DNA of 29,233 nucleotides from a virus. Its lineage: Duplodnaviria > Caudoviricetes. Location of the stretch: positions 1-29,233 of IMG/VR virus record IMGVR_UViG_3300031885_000081; one strand, 5' to 3'. Shown piece by piece: positions 24,714-29,233 of the stretch (position 1 is its first letter; each line of letters begins with the position of its first letter). The notes under the pieces are model-generated. The model saw only the letters and a program-made list of their open reading frames with translations, did not search any database and was not told the DNA's origin. The position numbers and the translations under genes are program-made.

Positions 24714-25298
24714 ATGGAAAACAGAAGCGCTGAGGGCTACGTCATCCGGATGTTCGTGGAGGACGCGCCTATCAACGAGGACGGATCGATCGATTACAAC
24801 TTCACGGTGCACGAGCGCATCGAGGACTTGCTGGAGGAGGCGTACTGGGGTGCCGAGGACATCGCGTATGTCCGTGTCACCATAGAGGAGATACCCACGC
24901 TTAAGCGAACAGGCATCTTCGCTACCCCATGGCGCTGGTGCTTGCTCTGCCGCAAGCGGAATCAAGAGGGCGACACCTCGTGCTGCGTTTGCGGCGCATC
25001 CCAGGACTACCTGGTCAGCTATCCAGTAGGGGAGGGAGACCCTATGCCACATAGCGCCCAAGCCCGCGAGGGGCGAATGCCGTTTGCCTCGTTTGCGAGA
25101 AGCGGCGCAACACACGACCCCGAAGGCGTCGACGCTTACTGCTTCTTCTGTGAGAAGCGGTTCGCCGACAGACACCTCGACCCCGACGACTACTACTGCT
25201 ACGGCTGCCACGAGTACGTCTGCGACGATTGCAACCTGAACGCCGCCGTTTGCGGCCCCCACGCCGTGATGGATCACGTCGCACCGGACGCGGAATGA
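24714..25298 (+). CDS. Acidic, multi-Zn-finger hypothetical protein
   Basis: CLLC, CVC, CFFC, CYGC, CDDC, HxxxxH; AGGAGG RBS. Confidence 0.7.
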   Translation: MENRSAEGYVIRMFVEDAPINEDGSIDYNFTVHERIEDLLEEAYWGAEDIAYVRVTIEEIPTLKRTGIFATPWRWCLLCRKRNQEGDTSCCVCGASQDYLVSYPVGEGDPMPHSAQAREGRMPFASFARSGATHDPEGVDAYCFFCEKRFADRHLDPDDYYCYGCHEYVCDDCNLNAAVCGPHAVMDHVAPDAE

Positions 25299-25555
25299 AC
25301 CTGATGCTGATGGGGCCACGCACCTGGGCAAGCGTGTCCTGTAAGACGCTGGTAGTGTGCGATGTCCCGCTTGGCGTACGGATGATATCTACTGGCGACA
25401 GTGGAACGCTCCTCTACCTTGCCTGTGACTTTGTGCTACGCGGATCGCCTTACGGTATTGTCCACGCCGAGCTAGACGACGAGCGGGCACGCCGAACGAG
25501 CGTGATGATTGCGGAGCTGGAGGGCCTTGGCCTAACAGACATCGAGGAGATGTGA
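25295..25555 (+). CDS. Hypothetical protein
   Basis: ATGA overlap. Confidence 0.6.
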   Translation: MNLMLMGPRTWASVSCKTLVVCDVPLGVRMISTGDSGTLLYLACDFVLRGSPYGIVHAELDDERARRTSVMIAELEGLGLTDIEEM

Positions 25556-25866
25556 TGATCGCCCGCACGATCTATCTCGCGCCCTGCGCGCCTACTCAGT
25601 GCGAGGCCCTCTTCGTCGAGGGGGACAACGACGGATTCGACTTTGCGATGTGCAGCCAGGAGGCCCTCGTCTATGCGCAGGAATTCGCGCTCGATTATCC
25701 GATTCCGATGTGCGCGAAGTGCCTGGGCATACTGGTGCAGACGCCTGTCGTGCGAGGCCTGCTTACGTACGGGTTCTGCCCGACCGAGGAGGAGATGGAC
25801 GAGGAGATGCGGTTAGCTGCCGAGGCGGGCCACCCCGTGACCGAGGCCCTGCCAGGATCGTCATAG
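25555..25866 (+). CDS. Cys-containing acidic hypothetical protein
   Basis: GAGGAG RBS; C..C..CAKC. Confidence 0.65.
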   Translation: MIARTIYLAPCAPTQCEALFVEGDNDGFDFAMCSQEALVYAQEFALDYPIPMCAKCLGILVQTPVVRGLLTYGFCPTEEEMDEEMRLAAEAGHPVTEALPGSS

Positions 25867-25869
25867 TAA
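25837..25869 (+). promoter_or_regulatory. ECF-type promoter-like site 2
   Basis: GTGACC-N16-CGTC-ATAGTAA followed by AGGAG. Confidence 0.7.
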
Positions 25870-25884
25870 TAAGGAGAAAGGATT

Positions 25885-26154
25885 ATGCCAGGCGCGAAGT
25901 ACATCAGAGCCTTTGGCTACCCACTAGCGTTCGTTTATGGCCCCGAGCAGGGGGTCGTCGTCGCTGGTGCGCTGGGGCTCTTTGCCATCGGCACCCTTGG
26001 CCACCACCAGCTCATCAGGATCGCATCGCAACTCGGCCTGCAGACCCTGCGATGCGGTTTCCTGCGCATCCCGACGCCGTTCCTGATCGTCACCGTTGAG
26101 CTGGGGGCAGTGGGCGTCACTGTCGGCTTCGGGCTCAAGACTGGCTACTACTAA
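25885..26154 (+). CDS. Hydrophobic beta-rich hypothetical protein
   Basis: AAGGAGAAAGG RBS. Confidence 0.7.
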   Translation: MPGAKYIRAFGYPLAFVYGPEQGVVVAGALGLFAIGTLGHHQLIRIASQLGLQTLRCGFLRIPTPFLIVTVELGAVGVTVGFGLKTGYY

Positions 26155-26157
26155 GCC

Positions 26158-26403
26158 ATGACCCTGGACGAGGCCAAGGCGCTGCGCTGCGGCGACCTGG
26201 TGCACGGCGCAGGAAGAGTGTGGCGGGTCGAGGACGAGCTGCACGAGGCGGGGGGAGACTCCGCGCCAGCACGCGCAGGATACGAACACCTGGGGATAAC
26301 CCACCTCATGCGCCTGCAGGTCGTGGGCGAGGGTGCGCACGGGCTGAAGTGGTTGGTCAGCGACATCGATCTGTCCAGCCTGCACCTGCCGGAGAGACAA
26401 TGA
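26158..26403 (+). CDS. Hypothetical protein (SH3-like start)
   Basis: MTLDEAKALRCGDLV pattern typical of small phage beta-barrel proteins. Confidence 0.65.
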   Translation: MTLDEAKALRCGDLVHGAGRVWRVEDELHEAGGDSAPARAGYEHLGITHLMRLQVVGEGAHGLKWLVSDIDLSSLHLPERQ

Positions 26404-26579
26404 GGTCGAACAAGGCAACGCTGAACATCCGCATCCGCCGGTTGCGAAATGTGATACTAAGAGCGAAGCACAGCGTCCGACGCTATCAGCAAATCGAGCA
26501 ACTTCAGCGGGTGATGGCCAAGGGCTACTTCGCTGCAGGCACCGTTCTATACCCAAAGCAAGGAGGCGACAATGGATAG
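26400..26579 (+). CDS. Small basic hypothetical protein
   Basis: ATGA overlap, GGAG RBS. Confidence 0.6.
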   Translation: MRSNKATLNIRIRRLRNVILRAKHSVRRYQQIEQLQRVMAKGYFAAGTVLYPKQGGDNG

Positions 26580-26817
26580 GGCTATCTACTTCATGCTACG
26601 GGCGATCTTCTGCGAGCTGCAATCGCAGCGCATTGCGCTGGGCGAGGCAGAGCGGAGCGCGCTACAAGCAGAGGCAGAGGCATCGAGTGATGCTGCGAGG
26701 ATAGTCTATAGCGCCTGGGACAAGCGCCTAGACAATATGAGATTTCGCACTAACGACTCGCTGATTGACCCCGACACGGGGTTCCGCACAGACGAGCCCC
26801 CGCCCGCGAGCGAGTGA
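26572..26817 (+). CDS. Hypothetical protein
   Basis: AAGGAGG RBS. Confidence 0.65.
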   Translation: MDRAIYFMLRAIFCELQSQRIALGEAERSALQAEAEASSDAARIVYSAWDKRLDNMRFRTNDSLIDPDTGFRTDEPPPASE

Positions 26818-27290
26818 TGAGAGAGCTTCAGGGAGACCTATGGGACGCCGCAACAGCGCTGCAAGCCGACGCCGTGGCGATAACCACCAACGGATTCGTA
26901 AAGAAGAACGGCGAGGCGGTTATGGGGCGAGGCGTCGCGCTCGAAGCAAAACAGCGATGGGCCGATCTCCCTCGGTTGCTCGGCGCGTCGATTAGTAAGT
27001 TCGGCAACAAGCTCCACGCGTTCCCGATAGTGCTGGGCGACAGGCCCATGACGCTAATCGCGTTCCCCGTCAAGCATCACTGGTGGGAGCGGGCCGATCC
27101 GGAGCTGATCTACTACTCGGCCCTGAACCTGAAGGTGTGGGCGGAGCACCTGCACCCCGCCGTCAAGTGCGTTGTCCTCCCTCGCCCAGGCTGCGGTAAC
27201 GGCGGGCTGGAGTGGGAGCAGGTCAAGCCCATCCTGGAGAAATGGCTGGACGACCGCTTCGTAGTCGTTCACAAGGAGGAGCCCCAATGA
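26814..27290 (+). CDS. Macrodomain protein (DarG/TARG1-like ADP-ribosyl hydrolase)
   Basis: GDLW, ITTNG, MGRGVA, FPVKHHW, LPRPGCGNGGLEW..VK. Confidence 0.88.
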   Translation: MMRELQGDLWDAATALQADAVAITTNGFVKKNGEAVMGRGVALEAKQRWADLPRLLGASISKFGNKLHAFPIVLGDRPMTLIAFPVKHHWWERADPELIYYSALNLKVWAEHLHPAVKCVVLPRPGCGNGGLEWEQVKPILEKWLDDRFVVVHKEEPQ

Positions 27291-27409
27291 CGCACGAGAC
27301 CGGCCCAAAGCCCAGGGAACCAGCCAATCTGCTGCAAGCGGGAAGGGCTGGCAAGGCCGAAACTGGCGGGCGGGGGTCTCGGCCCACAATGAAGGAGGCG
27401 GCATCATGA
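27287..27409 (+). CDS. 40-aa hypothetical peptide
   Basis: AAGGAGGAG RBS; ATGA overlaps on both sides. Confidence 0.45.
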   Translation: MTHETGPKPREPANLLQAGRAGKAETGGRGSRPTMKEAAS

Positions 27410-27717
27410 AGCAATATAGTATTACCATCCACAAGATCAACCCGCTGCCGCTCGGCAAAAACGCGCCGCGTCATCGGTTTGTTCAGGCATTCTGGGCCGA
27501 CGACCGACCCTATCCCACCGACGACTACTGCCCGTCTTACGCGGAGCAGGCTACGGCGCGATACATCGAGAGTCTTCTTCAGGACGCAGGCACATACCTC
27601 GTTGTAATCGTTCGGCAGGACACCTCGGCTATCCCCAACACATGGTCATGGACGGTCACAGTCACACCGGCCCCAACGCCCCCGCCCCCGCCGCCGACGA
27701 TCACCTGGAAGATGTAG
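27406..27717 (+). CDS. Hypothetical protein with poly-Pro tail
   Basis: AAGGAGG RBS. Confidence 0.7.
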   Translation: MKQYSITIHKINPLPLGKNAPRHRFVQAFWADDRPYPTDDYCPSYAEQATARYIESLLQDAGTYLVVIVRQDTSAIPNTWSWTVTVTPAPTPPPPPPTITWKM

Positions 27718-27720
27718 AGA

Positions 27721-27933
27721 ATGACGCCCAAGTTTACCACGAAGGTCATTCGCAACAGAGCCCAATGCAGGCAGTGCGGTGACATCATCGAATCCGAATG
27801 GGCGCACGATTTCAAGTGGTGCAAGTGTGGCGCAATTGCCGTCGATGGCGGCGCGGCCTACCTTCGGCGCGCGGCACGCGATGACATGGCTGACGTGATC
27901 GAGCTTAGCGAAGAAGGAGAACAGGAATTATGA
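27721..27933 (+). CDS. Conserved small phage Zn-ribbon protein (DUF7695-like)
   Basis: RNRAQCRQCGDIIES..HDF..CKCGAIAVDGG..YLRR. Confidence 0.75.
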   Translation: MTPKFTTKVIRNRAQCRQCGDIIESEWAHDFKWCKCGAIAVDGGAAYLRRAARDDMADVIELSEEGEQEL

Positions 27934-28175
27934 AGACTAAGACGTACACAGTCACAGGCTATGCGCTGTGGGGCGATATCGAGCCCTACATCAGCGACCC
28001 ACTCGATGTGAACAGCGTCGCCTCAGTCGCAAATGAGCTGGAGGCGCTCGGCACGCCTTCCCTTGAGGACTTGCGGCTGGATGTTGCGGAGGGCGATGCC
28101 TTCGCAACCGCCGAGGATAACGAGATCATCGAGGTCACCATCACCGTCACCGTGGCTCCGGCACAACCGTCTTAA
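27930..28175 (+). CDS. Acidic hypothetical protein
   Basis: ATGA overlap; AGGA RBS. Confidence 0.65.
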   Translation: MKTKTYTVTGYALWGDIEPYISDPLDVNSVASVANELEALGTPSLEDLRLDVAEGDAFATAEDNEIIEVTITVTVAPAQPS

Positions 28176-28178
28176 CAG
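28146..28178 (+). promoter_or_regulatory. ECF-type promoter-like site 3
   Basis: GTCACC-N16-CGTC-TTAACAG followed by AGGAGG. Confidence 0.65.
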
Positions 28179-28194
28179 GTGAGAGGAGGCATAA

Positions 28195-28380
28195 ATGGGC
28201 GAGCTAGCAATCCTTTTCGCCATCTTCTGCGTAGGCCACTCCCTTGCTGTGGTGATCCGTGAGAACGGTCGCCTACAGCCGACACCATGGATGGCACGGC
28301 AGAACGGTATCAACCGCTTCTGGGCCTTCGCTAGCGGGCTAGCGGCCTTGGGGTTCGGCATCGCTGGGGCGGTGACGTAG
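28195..28380 (+). CDS. Small two-TM membrane protein
   Basis: AGGAGG RBS; two hydrophobic segments. Confidence 0.7.
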   Translation: MGELAILFAIFCVGHSLAVVIRENGRLQPTPWMARQNGINRFWAFASGLAALGFGIAGAVT

Positions 28381-28382
28381 GC

Positions 28383-28697
28383 ATGGATTTCGACAAGGCC
28401 TCGAACGAGACCCTGCACGCGATGGCGCTTGATGCCAACTTCGCGGCCCTGCGCCTGGAGATACGTGCGGTCAGCATCGCCGTCAAGTTCGGCGAGCAGA
28501 AGGACGTCAAGGCGCTACAGCTTGCCGCAGAGTATCTGGCACAGGCCGCTAACAGCTTCACCCGCGCGGTTATGCTACGGGAGGGCGTCACCACCGAAGA
28601 GGAGACGGCAACCCTGGCCGAGGGGATGACTCCGCCAGCGGCGGCACCGGAGGAGCCCAAGCCCAAGAAGACCACCTTCTTCGGAGCACCCTGGTGA
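28383..28697 (+). CDS. Hypothetical protein
   Basis: Helical; starts 2 nt after the upstream stop. Confidence 0.7.
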   Translation: MDFDKASNETLHAMALDANFAALRLEIRAVSIAVKFGEQKDVKALQLAAEYLAQAANSFTRAVMLREGVTTEEETATLAEGMTPPAAAPEEPKPKKTTFFGAPW

Positions 28698-28704
28698 GGG
28701 CTTT

Positions 28705-28737
28705 GTAACAAACGACCCCCCTGAGACGTCTCTACAT
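28705..28737 (+). promoter_or_regulatory. ECF-type promoter-like site 4
   Basis: (T)GTAACA-N16-CGTC-TCTACAT followed by AAGGAGGAG; fully intergenic. Confidence 0.7.
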
Positions 28738-28754
28738 ACAGAAGGAGGAGACGC

Positions 28755-29233
28755 ATGAAGAAACTACTACTAGGCGCGTTCACCCTGACCTTACTGGTGG
28801 TGGCAGGGATGGCCCTAACGGGCGGCGCGGAGGCAGATCCACCTCAAGACCTGCCCTGCCCTGCTGGGTGGATAAGTAAGGATGAGACCGGCAGCGCGCT
28901 GAACGGTTTTGTTCCTATCGTGGGCACGCGCTTCTGCATCAAGGCAGGAAGCACGCAAAGTAACTCGTCCGGCGCTGGCAACACGGGCATCTTGACGGCG
29001 GACGGCGCGCGTGCTCTATGCGATTATCTGATAGCGGCGGGCATCAAGAACGGCAAGGGGACTACCTGTAAAGACGTGAGCTATTACGTTGTCTATCCTA
29101 CGCCCACACCGTCGCCGACGCCACCCCCTTGCGGTTGTTGGGGGAATCCTCCTGTTTGTGTGGAATGTCCTGTTACTGTAACGCCAACGCCTAGCCCGAC
29201 GCCAACCCCCACGCCGACGCCCCTGCCGCCGAC
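28755..29233 (+). CDS. Secreted Cys-rich protein with Pro-Thr repeats (truncated at window edge)
   Basis: AAGGAGGAG RBS; signal peptide MKKLLLGAFTLTLLVVAGMALTGGAEA-D; PTPTPSPTP and TPTPSPTPTPTPTP tracts; frame open to the end. Confidence 0.85.
   Translation, partial: MKKLLLGAFTLTLLVVAGMALTGGAEADPPQDLPCPAGWISKDETGSALNGFVPIVGTRFCIKAGSTQSNSSGAGNTGILTADGARALCDYLIAAGIKNGKGTTCKDVSYYVVYPTPTPSPTPPPCGCWGNPPVCVECPVTVTPTPSPTPTPTPTPLPP

Noticed and set aside
29095-29233. Short tandem DNA repeats (ACGCCn) as a VNTR or array
   Set aside because: They are explained by Pro-Thr codons with varying third positions.

Overview
The window is a 29 kb fragment of a GC-rich tailed-phage (Caudoviricetes-like) genome, with essentially all genes on the + strand and tightly packed. 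From left to right it carries: (1) a cysteine-rich peptidoglycan hydrolase (SLT-like plus M23 domains); (2) a DUF932-like gene; (3) a replication/recombination module with a uracil-DNA-glycosylase-PolA fusion, an apparently frameshifted free-standing LAGLIDADG endonuclease, DnaB helicase, DnaG-type primase, ECF-like sigma factor, SSB, RecA, DUF559-like nuclease and Cas4-like exonuclease; (4) a ClpP-like protease; (5) a long run of small hypothetical genes, many with Zn-finger motifs, containing the large terminase with no portal next to it; (6) a DarG/TARG1-like macrodomain; and (7) a truncated secreted Pro-Thr-repeat protein. The best unexplained non-coding signals are four promoter-like sites GT[GCA]AC[CA]-N16-CGTC, which may form the regulon of the phage sigma factor, a 72-bp ungapped element present twice 20.6 kb apart, and a possible pseudoknot upstream of the polymerase. 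I saw no tRNA, CRISPR array or integrase. A Chloroflexota or Actinomycetota host is only an inference. All family calls come from motif recognition by eye, not from database searches.
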